Source: a virus. From it: DNA of 64,000 bases. The notes under the pieces were generated by a model that made no database searches, was not told the DNA's origin, and saw nothing but the letters and a program-made list of their open reading frames with translations. Location: positions 1-64,000 of the IMG/VR virus record IMGVR_UViG_3300042731_001312; one strand, 5' to 3'. Below, piece by piece: positions 1 through 8,563 of this stretch. The translations under genes and the position numbers were made by a program. Within the stretch, counting starts at the first letter, position 1. The number at the start of each line of letters is the position of its first letter.

Positions 1-68
1 CAGCTCCGACTACGGCAGCTCCGACTACGGCAGCTCCGACTACGGCAGCTCCGACTACGGCAGCTCCT
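1..68 (+). repeat. 15-bp tandem repeat (CAGCTCCGACTACGG, about 4.5 copies) encoding an AAPTT linker
   Basis: Exact repeats at the window start, in frame with ORF 249..611. Confidence 0.95.
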
Positions 69-611
69 TCTATTTACACACTGACTTATGATGGTAACCA
101 AGCAACTGGTGGTAGCACCTCGCCTACTTCAGGCCCAATACCTCTAACAATAGCTGCAAACGGATTTACTAGGACGGGTTATTCATTCGTTGAATGGAAT
201 ACGGACGGTTCTGGTACGGGATCAGGTTACGGTGAAGGTGCATCTTGGATGGGAGCTGATGCTACACTATATGCAATATGGCAACAGAATACTACAACTG
301 CAGCGCCAATTGCACAGGACGTTAACTTCCAAAGTACAACTAAAAATCTAGCAGGTGCAGCAGGTAGCTTCGTAGATGTTATCAGTAGAGATAGCGGTAC
401 GGGTTCAGGCGTACCTTTCACATATACTTATGAATCCGGTAGTTCTGGAGCTGGTGCGGGTAAAATCTATTGGGCGACTGACGAATTTGGAACAACTCAA
501 ACATCCGCACCTACTTGGATTACAGGAGTTAGCGGCGGATTCGGTACTAACTTCGGTGGAATAGATAATACTGAGGGAAGTGTAACAGTAACATATACAG
601 AAAATAGCTAA
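3..611 (+). CDS. C-terminal part of a 5'-truncated virion fibre/adhesin: AAPTT linker, InlB B-repeat (Listeria-Bacteroides repeat) and the N-terminal half of a BACON-like domain
   Basis: Frame is open from position 3. YTLTYDGN..GG..TIAANGFTRTGYSFVEWNT..GSG..Y..G....TLYAIW matches the InlB B-repeat pattern. Ends APTWIT...GSVTVTYTEN. Confidence 0.75.
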   Translation, partial: APTTAAPTTAAPTTAAPTTAAPSIYTLTYDGNQATGGSTSPTSGPIPLTIAANGFTRTGYSFVEWNTDGSGTGSGYGEGASWMGADATLYAIWQQNTTTAAPIAQDVNFQSTTKNLAGAAGSFVDVISRDSGTGSGVPFTYTYESGSSGAGAGKIYWATDEFGTTQTSAPTWITGVSGGFGTNFGGIDNTEGSVTVTYTENS

Positions 612-629
612 AAATTAATACAGAATAAA

Positions 630-1661
630 ATGGCAGGACCTTTACCAGGATTAAGCAGAACAGCATATTTAGTAATTACACACCCAGATAACGGTGATGT
701 TAAAGATGTGTTGACAATTACACAGGCGGCGATCGTAACAACTCAACCGCCACAACCTACTTTTACATGGGCATTAGGAGGCGGATTTAATGGTGACGGT
801 GTTAATCCTACCCCAGGGAATCCATCATCATACCAAGGATCTACTACTTCAGGAAATTTATCAAACACTGATCCTGATTCAGTTGCTGCTGGTACATTTA
901 GCTTATGGGCAGCACATCAGGATGCAAATGGCAATAACATTACATCGGCTCCCTCCGGTGGATGGTCTCAATATTTAACCACACCGACTTATATCTACTT
1001 TATCGCTGCTACTTGGGTTTCCTCTGCTAATAAATGGGAGTTTTCGTTTCAAGTTGATAGCGCTGATAGTGGATTCCCCAATGACGCAAATAATGACGTT
1101 ATAGGTAATATTTATTGTACAGTTACCGGTTCTAATATTGGCTATAGTGTAATTATTGATGCAGTCCAATCATGTCACGTCGCTGGGACTGTGATAAATC
1201 TGGCGGACGGTACGACTAAACTAGTAGAAAACCTACAAGTGGGTGATATATTAGCATCTTATGATATTTCTGGACTTGGACATGATGAAACAAGCTCAAC
1301 TTGGCAAGAATACTCAAGCCAACTTAATCAATTCTCTGCTTCATCACAATCTGCTGAAGTTGTGGCAATCCAAAGCTCTGAATTCGGTAAATACGTTAAC
1401 TTTAATAACGGTTTAACAAAGGTTACAGAAGAGCACCCTGTATTAATAAAAGACTCTGCTAATAATGTATCATTTAAACAAGTGGTTGATGTAGTTATTG
1501 GGGATTCATTCTATATTAATGACACATGGGTTGAGATTACATCTAAAGAAGTAGTTGAAGAAACAATTACAGCATATACAATAGATGTTGAGGAACGCGA
1601 TGTATATGTTGCAGATGGTATCTTATGGCATAATGCCGCTAACTTACAAAAAGTATTCTAA
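630..1661 (+). CDS. Putative virion protein with a C-terminal Hint (intein-like) autoprocessing domain
   Basis: CHVAGTVINLADGTTKLVENLQVGD (block A, Cys at 1173), TEEH (block B), YTIDVE..DVYVADGILWHN (blocks F/G). Confidence 0.85.
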   Translation: MAGPLPGLSRTAYLVITHPDNGDVKDVLTITQAAIVTTQPPQPTFTWALGGGFNGDGVNPTPGNPSSYQGSTTSGNLSNTDPDSVAAGTFSLWAAHQDANGNNITSAPSGGWSQYLTTPTYIYFIAATWVSSANKWEFSFQVDSADSGFPNDANNDVIGNIYCTVTGSNIGYSVIIDAVQSCHVAGTVINLADGTTKLVENLQVGDILASYDISGLGHDETSSTWQEYSSQLNQFSASSQSAEVVAIQSSEFGKYVNFNNGLTKVTEEHPVLIKDSANNVSFKQVVDVVIGDSFYINDTWVEITSKEVVEETITAYTIDVEERDVYVADGILWHNAANLQKVF

Positions 1662-1681
1662 TAAAAATTAAACATATAAAA

Positions 1682-2257
<576 letters not shown>

Positions 2258-2259
2258 TT

Positions 2260-2610
2260 ATGAAGCATATCAAACCGCTTAACGAATTTAAGGCTACAGA
2301 TATTAAAGCCGTGCATGAGTCTGATAAGACTCCTACTATGCTATTAGCAGATGAAATCGAAGGAGCTGAATACCACATGGCATTTAGTGACGGAGAAAGT
2401 GTTGAGGCTAGATCTACTAAGAAAACATGGGACGATGGTGTACCTGTACTTAAGTATATCGCCAGAGCTCCTAAGAAATACGTAGACTTGCCGAAAGGTA
2501 AATTTGAGGTGGTTATTGACGATAAATACGGATGGTATTACTGGCAACACAAAGGCGTCTGGTATGGTATGGAGACTGACGACGATACAGTACCTCCATT
2601 TGAATATTAA
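2260..2610 (+). CDS. Hypothetical protein, putative internal head protein
   Basis: Likely start ATG 2260 (MKHIKPLNEF), 2 nt after the upstream stop. Confidence 0.7.
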   Translation: MKHIKPLNEFKATDIKAVHESDKTPTMLLADEIEGAEYHMAFSDGESVEARSTKKTWDDGVPVLKYIARAPKKYVDLPKGKFEVVIDDKYGWYYWQHKGVWYGMETDDDTVPPFEY

Positions 2611-2612
2611 CT

Positions 2613-2675
2613 ATGAAAAAAGTAAAACAAATATTTTGGGAATACTGGATTCAACCCTGGAACCCGATACATTAA
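2613..2675 (+). CDS. 20-aa Trp-rich micropeptide MKKVKQIFWEYWIQPWNPIH
   Basis: ATG..TAA ORF that fills the gap between two genes; absent from the ORF track. Confidence 0.55.
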   Translation: MKKVKQIFWEYWIQPWNPIH

Positions 2676-2683
2676 TTAAGACT

Positions 2684-3109
2684 ATGAAACACATTAAACT
2701 ATTTGAACAATTTATTAATGAGGGCATGAAGCCAGGTAAAGATACTGAGCTTGCTAATGCTATCATTAAAGCACTCTATGCAGAAAGAGACACCGAAGAA
2801 GGTGCTGCAATTTCTAGACTTGGAGGTAGAGAATCATTACCCGGAGGTACTGCTGATGAAATGATGTATCTAAGTGGATTTGATAAGGACTCAGTTAAGG
2901 CTGTAGCAAAAGGCAGAGTAAGAGTGCCTTCTAAATTTATGATGGGTGAATTAATCGCAGCAGCTGCCGACAATGGTAATAGTTATTATTTTGACGGTGA
3001 GTTTGTTGAAAACTCTAAAAGCATTCCAGGTACTAAAAAAGGTATGCCATTTAGAGATTTTATCGACACTCTAGTTAAGGCTGGTATTATCGAAGCTCCT
3101 TCGTATTAA
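2684..3109 (+). CDS. Hypothetical protein, putative internal head protein
   Basis: Likely start ATG 2684, MKHIKLFEQFINE, a T4 capsid-targeting-like signal. Confidence 0.75.
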   Translation: MKHIKLFEQFINEGMKPGKDTELANAIIKALYAERDTEEGAAISRLGGRESLPGGTADEMMYLSGFDKDSVKAVAKGRVRVPSKFMMGELIAAAADNGNSYYFDGEFVENSKSIPGTKKGMPFRDFIDTLVKAGIIEAPSY

Positions 3110-3123
3110 GATCTAAGTAATTT

Positions 3124-3150
3124 TAAACTTTTTAAAGAGTCTATGTATAA
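3124..3150 (+). promoter_or_regulatory. Putative middle-class promoter variant (TAAAC-N17-TATAA)
   Basis: Same architecture as the GAAAC-N17/18-TATAA sites at 48235, 48484, 63107 and 47657(-). Confidence 0.45.
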
Positions 3151-3174
3151 CATTAGTAACATAGACTCTTTTTT
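3134..3174 (+). terminator. Intrinsic terminator overlapping a promoter
   Basis: AAAGAGTCTATGT (3134-3146) pairs with ACATAGACTCTTT (3159-3171), followed by Ts. Confidence 0.75.
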
Positions 3175-3176
3175 AT

Positions 3177-3683
3177 ATGCCTAGAATTCCGGTAGATTTA
3201 ATTTATATGCAGATGGCTTATCAGATAGCCAAGCTCTCGTATGCTAAACGCAGGCGCGTTGGCTGTATTATCGTTAAAGATAAGCAGATTATTTCAACAG
3301 GATATAACGGTACACCACATGGCTTTGATAATGGTTGTGAAGAGGAACAAGTGCGTTATTACGAAAATCCTGACCACGCTCTAACATTAGAAGAAAAAGG
3401 ATATACTTGTGATAATGGTTGCTGTTCAAAAGAGGTAACTAAAAGAGAAGTCTTACACGCAGAGTCTAATGCACTTGCTAAAATTAGTAAGTCCACGCTA
3501 AGCTCAGAGGGCGCAGATCTTTATACAACAACATGTCCATGTTTTGACTGCGCAAAATTAATTATTCAATCAGGTATCAAAAGAGTATTCTACTCAGAGG
3601 ACTATAGAGATATGTCAGGTGTAGATCTATTAAAACAAGCTGGTATCGAAGTAAATGAGGTAATATGCTGGAACGCGGAGTAA
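3177..3683 (+). CDS. cd: dCMP deaminase
   Basis: VGCIIVKD..IISTGYNG, HAESNA and PCFDC zinc-site motifs. Confidence 0.95.
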   Translation: MPRIPVDLIYMQMAYQIAKLSYAKRRRVGCIIVKDKQIISTGYNGTPHGFDNGCEEEQVRYYENPDHALTLEEKGYTCDNGCCSKEVTKREVLHAESNALAKISKSTLSSEGADLYTTTCPCFDCAKLIIQSGIKRVFYSEDYRDMSGVDLLKQAGIEVNEVICWNAE

Positions 3684-5398
3684 CCGAAATTATAGACCTA
3701 GCACTAGAGCAGAATATATTCGGTAAGGACTTCCAATTTAGAGAGGGCCAAAGAGAAGTTATTGAGGCTATCTGCAATCACTATCTACAGGATCCAGAAG
3801 GCACTATCATTTTAGATGCTCCAACTGGAAGCGGTAAATCACTAATTGCTATGTGGTCCGCACACATTCTTAAAGAATTAGGCAAACGCGGGTATTTGGT
3901 CACATCTGATCTGATGCTACAAGATCAGTATGAAGAAGACTTTAAACAATTCAAATTGGATTGGCCCAGTATTAGAGGTGTGGATAACTATGAATGTATT
4001 GTAAATGATCTGCCATTCTCACTAGGTGACTGTAAGATGAAAGGTATCGGGTATGAACAAGCCGAACAACTCTCTTGCTGGAATCAATGTGGGTATCTTC
4101 AGGCTAGGCGGCGCGCGAAGGAGCTACCTGTAGCTCTCTTCAACTATTCATATTATCTAATACAAAGGAATTATGTAGAGGATAAGATGGAAGAACAGGA
4201 CAGAGAAGTACCGTTTCCTATGAGAGACTTTGTATTCTTTGATGAAGCACATAAGGTAGACAGTATTGTACAATCACACTTTAGTCCTAGGATAGACACT
4301 AGTACACCTAAGTTATTTAGAGAAGTAAACAGGTTTATACAGAAACATGGATTGGAAGCTTCCTGGGTATCTGATAACAGAATAGAAGACATCGTTGACC
4401 GCTTAATGCGGGAAGACGATCACCAAGAGCTTATGAAGCACATCAGCGAGTTCAGAGGTATTGCCGTGGTATATCGCAAGGTCAGACAAGCGGCCCTGAA
4501 GCGTAGTAAACGCCAGTATCGGTCTGGTGATGTGCCCAAAGAATGGCAGCAATTTTTCGGACGAATGGACAGGCTTAAAGACATCTGGTGCAAGTTTGAT
4601 GACTATCATGACATAATTAAGGAGCTTGGCACGGATGCGATCGTTATTAAGAAGATGGAGAATGAGGTGCAGTTCTTATGTTTGGAAGAGGCAATGATGA
4701 TTGATAAATTCTTACAGAAGAAGAGTGGCTTTAAAGTCTTTATGTCAGCAACGTTGGGTGATATTAGAGCATTTGCAAAACATACTAAGATGGGTAATGC
4801 AAAGGTGATTAGAATGGACAACAAATTTTCCTACAAAAAATCCCCCATCGTTTTCGTCAATAGGCACAAACTGTCTTTTAGAGAACGCGAACAAAATCTC
4901 CCCAAAGTAGTAGAGACACTAGACAAGATCTTAGAGAAACATAAAGGACAAAGCGGCATCATTCATGCAGGGTCCTATGAGTTCATGGACTACATCAATG
5001 CTAAATCTAAACACAAGTTCAGTTTTATCACCTATGACTCTGCAAAAGAACGTAGTGGTGCGATCGAACTCTTCAATAAGATAGATGGTAAAATATTGGT
5101 GGGACCATCACTACTAGAAGGTCTGGATTTAAAGGACGAGAAGTCTAGATTCCAGATCTTTTTTAAAGTACCATATCCATCATTAGGCGACCCGCTAGTA
5201 AAGGCCAAGATGAGTTCATTCCCAGGCTGGTATGATTGGAAAACAGGTATTGCTATTCAGCAGGGTGCTGGTAGGAGCATTAGATCTAAAGATGATTGGG
5301 CAGTTACGTATATTCTGGACGCGTGTTTTAGAAGCTTGATAAATAAAGAGGGATTCTTTCCACCGTCATTTACTAATAGGATTAAAACAATTTATTAA
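3665..5398 (+). CDS. DinG/XPD-family ATP-dependent helicase
   Basis: FREGQ (Q motif), APTGSGKS, four Cys (Fe-S region), DEAH, MSAT, EGLD, KVPYP, QGAGRSIR. Confidence 0.9.
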   Translation: MLERGVTEIIDLALEQNIFGKDFQFREGQREVIEAICNHYLQDPEGTIILDAPTGSGKSLIAMWSAHILKELGKRGYLVTSDLMLQDQYEEDFKQFKLDWPSIRGVDNYECIVNDLPFSLGDCKMKGIGYEQAEQLSCWNQCGYLQARRRAKELPVALFNYSYYLIQRNYVEDKMEEQDREVPFPMRDFVFFDEAHKVDSIVQSHFSPRIDTSTPKLFREVNRFIQKHGLEASWVSDNRIEDIVDRLMREDDHQELMKHISEFRGIAVVYRKVRQAALKRSKRQYRSGDVPKEWQQFFGRMDRLKDIWCKFDDYHDIIKELGTDAIVIKKMENEVQFLCLEEAMMIDKFLQKKSGFKVFMSATLGDIRAFAKHTKMGNAKVIRMDNKFSYKKSPIVFVNRHKLSFREREQNLPKVVETLDKILEKHKGQSGIIHAGSYEFMDYINAKSKHKFSFITYDSAKERSGAIELFNKIDGKILVGPSLLEGLDLKDEKSRFQIFFKVPYPSLGDPLVKAKMSSFPGWYDWKTGIAIQQGAGRSIRSKDDWAVTYILDACFRSLINKEGFFPPSFTNRIKTIY

Positions 5399-5991
5399 TG
5401 GCATTTAGTTTAACAATTATAGATAATTTTTATAGTAACCCAGAGGAGGTTAGACAATTTGCACTAGAGCAAGACTTTGAAGTAGATGGTAATTATCCAG
5501 GCCACAGGACCGTACCACATCTATCAGAGTCGGTAAAAGATTATTTTGCTAAACATTTAAGCCCAGTACACGGCGAGATCTATTGGCCAGATCCAGAGCA
5601 CGTAGAAAGCTACTGCGGTTCATACCAATATACTACATCTAGGGATAGAACCTGGATTCATGCAGATGGTACAACCACTTGGGCTGGTATAATTTACTTG
5701 ACACCTGACGCACCACTCTCTGGTGGGACCGGATTATTTAGACACAAGAAGACTGGGTTATACGGCACGCCAAGATTAGAAGACGGTAGAGTTAATCAAC
5801 CCCTGTTAGATGTGGTATATGAAGATGCTCAAGACTATACCAAATGGGAGATGACTGATCGAGTGGCTAATGTGTTTAATAGACTAGTGGTTTATCGTGG
5901 TGATTACTTCCATGCTTCATTAGACTACTTTGGCACAAACAAAGAGAACGGCAGACTATTTCAAACATTTTTCTTTAATACTGAATTTTAA
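5398..5991 (+). CDS. 2OG-Fe(II) oxygenase (DUF6445-like)
   Basis: IIDNFY..P..VR, NYPG.R, WIHAD, IYLTPDAP..GT, FNRLV.Y....FHAS, R.FQTFF. Confidence 0.85.
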   Translation: MAFSLTIIDNFYSNPEEVRQFALEQDFEVDGNYPGHRTVPHLSESVKDYFAKHLSPVHGEIYWPDPEHVESYCGSYQYTTSRDRTWIHADGTTTWAGIIYLTPDAPLSGGTGLFRHKKTGLYGTPRLEDGRVNQPLLDVVYEDAQDYTKWEMTDRVANVFNRLVVYRGDYFHASLDYFGTNKENGRLFQTFFFNTEF

Positions 5992-5995
5992 AACT

Positions 5996-6214
5996 ATGGG
6001 ATTTAACAAGATGTTTCTACCAGAGGTAGAAGACCTAAAACAATTTTTAGCAGAACATGGCGAAGAACGTTTCTATGAGAGGTGGGTAGTCACCTTTATG
6101 AAACGAGATGCGATCATTGGGCCCGATGCCTCTTTCGAGTTTATTAAACAATTTCTAGATCGTGAGTATAACAATAATAAACCAAATAGTCAACTCAGCG
6201 TTGACCTTGGTTAG
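5996..6214 (+). CDS. Hypothetical protein
   Basis: Likely start ATG 5996 (MGFNK), 4 nt after the upstream stop. Confidence 0.7.
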   Translation: MGFNKMFLPEVEDLKQFLAEHGEERFYERWVVTFMKRDAIIGPDASFEFIKQFLDREYNNNKPNSQLSVDLG

Positions 6215-6233
6215 TAGATTAAATAAAAAAGAT

Positions 6234-6791
6234 ATGAGTACTACTGAGACTAAAGAAAAGATTCTAGTGTGGTCTAAGACCGAGAAGGCTGGCCAAATAG
6301 TAATTGTCGATCGTGTCGAGGGCGAGTTTACGTATTTTACAGATGGGTCACAGGTATTTACAAACGTAATACCTGAAGTATTAATAGAGGCTAAAGATAT
6401 GGCAGACGCGGAGAGACTTTCACAGCCATTTAATGCATCCGTTACTGATGAACCTCTAAATGTAGCCCCGGGACAGACACTTAAACAGACACAACCAGCA
6501 GGTGAAGTAAATGTGATGTTAGAGATGCTTAGAAAATTAAGCGCTAAAAATACTATTACAATGCCTCTAAATTTAAATATTCCATCTCAGGATGTTTATG
6601 AATTATTTAAAGATCAGATGGACATTACAAAGGCTGATTTAAATGAGCAAATTTTGCTATTAATTATGAGCCAGATAGATAACTTACAAGAACAATTAAA
6701 ACCACAAGCAGAAGAATTTATTAATAATTACTACAATGGCAGAAGAAACGCAAAACAACCAACAGGAGCAGCGCCCGATATTAACTTCTAG
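6234..6791 (+). CDS. Hypothetical protein
   Basis: Likely start ATG 6234 after an A-rich spacer. Confidence 0.75.
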   Translation: MSTTETKEKILVWSKTEKAGQIVIVDRVEGEFTYFTDGSQVFTNVIPEVLIEAKDMADAERLSQPFNASVTDEPLNVAPGQTLKQTQPAGEVNVMLEMLRKLSAKNTITMPLNLNIPSQDVYELFKDQMDITKADLNEQILLLIMSQIDNLQEQLKPQAEEFINNYYNGRRNAKQPTGAAPDINF

Positions 6792-7182
6792 AAAACAAAG
6801 AAGGTATATGATGAAGCAACAAGGTGTTCTTAGATACCTTAGTAAGCTTCCATATTTAGGTGAGGTGAGAACTAAACTCAGACAACAGAACATGGAGAAT
6901 GGTAGAAAGATCCACCAACAACATGTTGATGCTAGCGAAGCTCGCAATGCTGCTAGATTAGAGCAAATTTTAGAGGGTTACACTAATGCTGACGGTGAAA
7001 GAGTGCCTGGCTTAAAAGATCAATGGTCTGCTCAAGGCTATAATGATAAAGAAATTGCAATGCTAGAAGAAGCATGGGCTCTAAGTGTGATTAAGGACAA
7101 AGAAACTTATCAGTCTGATAAGAAAAAAAGAAGAGCGTTACAAAAAGAAGCAAAGGCTTCTAGAGACGCTAGACAAAAATAA
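6736..7182 (+). CDS. Hypothetical basic helical protein
   Basis: 148-aa ORF in operon context. Confidence 0.75.
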   Translation: MAEETQNNQQEQRPILTSRKQRRYMMKQQGVLRYLSKLPYLGEVRTKLRQQNMENGRKIHQQHVDASEARNAARLEQILEGYTNADGERVPGLKDQWSAQGYNDKEIAMLEEAWALSVIKDKETYQSDKKKRRALQKEAKASRDARQK

Positions 7183-7192
7183 TTTACAGTAG

Positions 7193-7516
7193 ATGATTAC
7201 TATTTCTATCGAGCCGGCTGACAACGGTGTGTTAAAATTTTTGATTGATGATAACGTCAATGGTGGCGGTGAAGAATTCACTTCAAGAACAGTATATGAT
7301 TTTGAAGGTCTTGCTGGTAGAGCAAATCAAGTTAAGTTCCTAAAAGACTTGATTCTGGATCTAGGTATGACCACCGGCAGTGAATTAGACCACGATAAAG
7401 TAGTAGTTAAAACTGAATGGGGTACTCAATATGTGCCCAGCGAAACAGAAATTAAATCAAGGATTGCAGCCTTGGAGAAGGAACTTAATAGGCTGCAGTC
7501 TTTAAGAAAGAAATGA
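7193..7516 (+). CDS. Hypothetical protein with a C-terminal coiled coil
   Basis: ORF in operon; ATGA overlap with the next gene. Confidence 0.75.
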   Translation: MITISIEPADNGVLKFLIDDNVNGGGEEFTSRTVYDFEGLAGRANQVKFLKDLILDLGMTTGSELDHDKVVVKTEWGTQYVPSETEIKSRIAALEKELNRLQSLRKK

Positions 7517-7920
7517 CACTAAAAATAGAAGGTGTTTGGTGTAAAACTAGGACTGAGTTTGAAAAACTAGCTAAGTCTGGTGATTATGATTTAACCATAT
7601 CTTACTTTGATATAGTAAATAGATTGGTTAAGAGCGACCCGTATAGCGAGGAGCCATCAGATATTATTGTCTCACTCTATATTAGAAGATTAATACAAAA
7701 ATTAATCGATGATACTATAGAATCGGAAAACGAAGAGGCAAAGTTGCTTTACATGTTTAAAAGCTTAGATGGCCCTGCCGTACTAAATTTTAAACAATTT
7801 ATAGCTGATCTAACGGCAGATCCCTATGATATGGATCTAATTATTATCAACAGATGTGACTATCCTAAAAGAGGTGTACTCAGTAAGTTTGATAATGTTA
7901 GATTTATAGACCATGATTAA
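7513..7920 (+). CDS. Hypothetical protein
   Basis: Overlapping start/stop coupling on both sides. Confidence 0.75.
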   Translation: MTLKIEGVWCKTRTEFEKLAKSGDYDLTISYFDIVNRLVKSDPYSEEPSDIIVSLYIRRLIQKLIDDTIESENEEAKLLYMFKSLDGPAVLNFKQFIADLTADPYDMDLIIINRCDYPKRGVLSKFDNVRFIDHD

Positions 7921-8509
7921 ACATAAGATATTTACTAAAGGTGAATATGTACAGGCTCTAATCTCAACTACACAAAACCCTAATGTACTTATTCCGGTCC
8001 GCGCTCTGATCTACGACGTTAAGTTCGATGATGTAAACCCAAAGTATCAATTACGTATTAAGAAATTCTACGACAACATTGTCTTCTTGAAAAGATACCT
8101 GTTTGGTGGTAGATTCATTAGAGACTTTGAGGGTAAAGAAACCCGCATCAATTTAAAAAGACAAGAATATAAAACTGTTAAAGAGCTAGAAGATCGAGTT
8201 TTTGATGGTGATAAATGGAAGCAATATCTTATCACTGTTGACTCAGTTTTTTGTGTGAAGACCAAGGGTGAACAACAAGAACTATTTAATAAGATACAAG
8301 ACTTCCAAACAGAAGTGGCCTTAAAAGAACTCTATGAGCTTACAAATAGGTCTACGTATACTGGTCAATATTACTTCCATAGTAAAGGCGAATACGTAAA
8401 AGCTCTAGAAAAGTTTTTAGGTGAGAGATACCCTAAAGATAAAGATTGGGCAGATACTATACTTTATAGACCCGATCATACAGAATTAGACCGCGGAGAG
8501 TGGGTCTAA
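7913..8509 (+). CDS. Hypothetical protein
   Basis: 198-aa coupled ORF. Confidence 0.75.
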   Translation: MIKHKIFTKGEYVQALISTTQNPNVLIPVRALIYDVKFDDVNPKYQLRIKKFYDNIVFLKRYLFGGRFIRDFEGKETRINLKRQEYKTVKELEDRVFDGDKWKQYLITVDSVFCVKTKGEQQELFNKIQDFQTEVALKELYELTNRSTYTGQYYFHSKGEYVKALEKFLGERYPKDKDWADTILYRPDHTELDRGEWV

Positions 8510-8532
8510 ACATAATATCCTGATATACGGCA

Positions 8533-8540
8533 GATATATA
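8533..8540 (+). promoter_or_regulatory. Putative late promoter GATATATA
   Basis: Same octamer at 18091, 19432, 26746, 33088, 41035, 46493, 48253 and 52689, each shortly upstream of a gene start. Confidence 0.65.
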
Positions 8541-8563
8541 TAAAAAACAAATAGGGACTTAAT

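Noticed and set aside
1-68. 15-bp repeats as a CRISPR array or iterons
   Set aside because: No spacers; the unit is a multiple of 3 and encodes an in-frame AAPTT linker
1173-1634. Mobile (homing) intein
   Set aside because: No endonuclease domain, no Cys/Ser/Thr after the terminal Asn, and only 8 residues of C-extein
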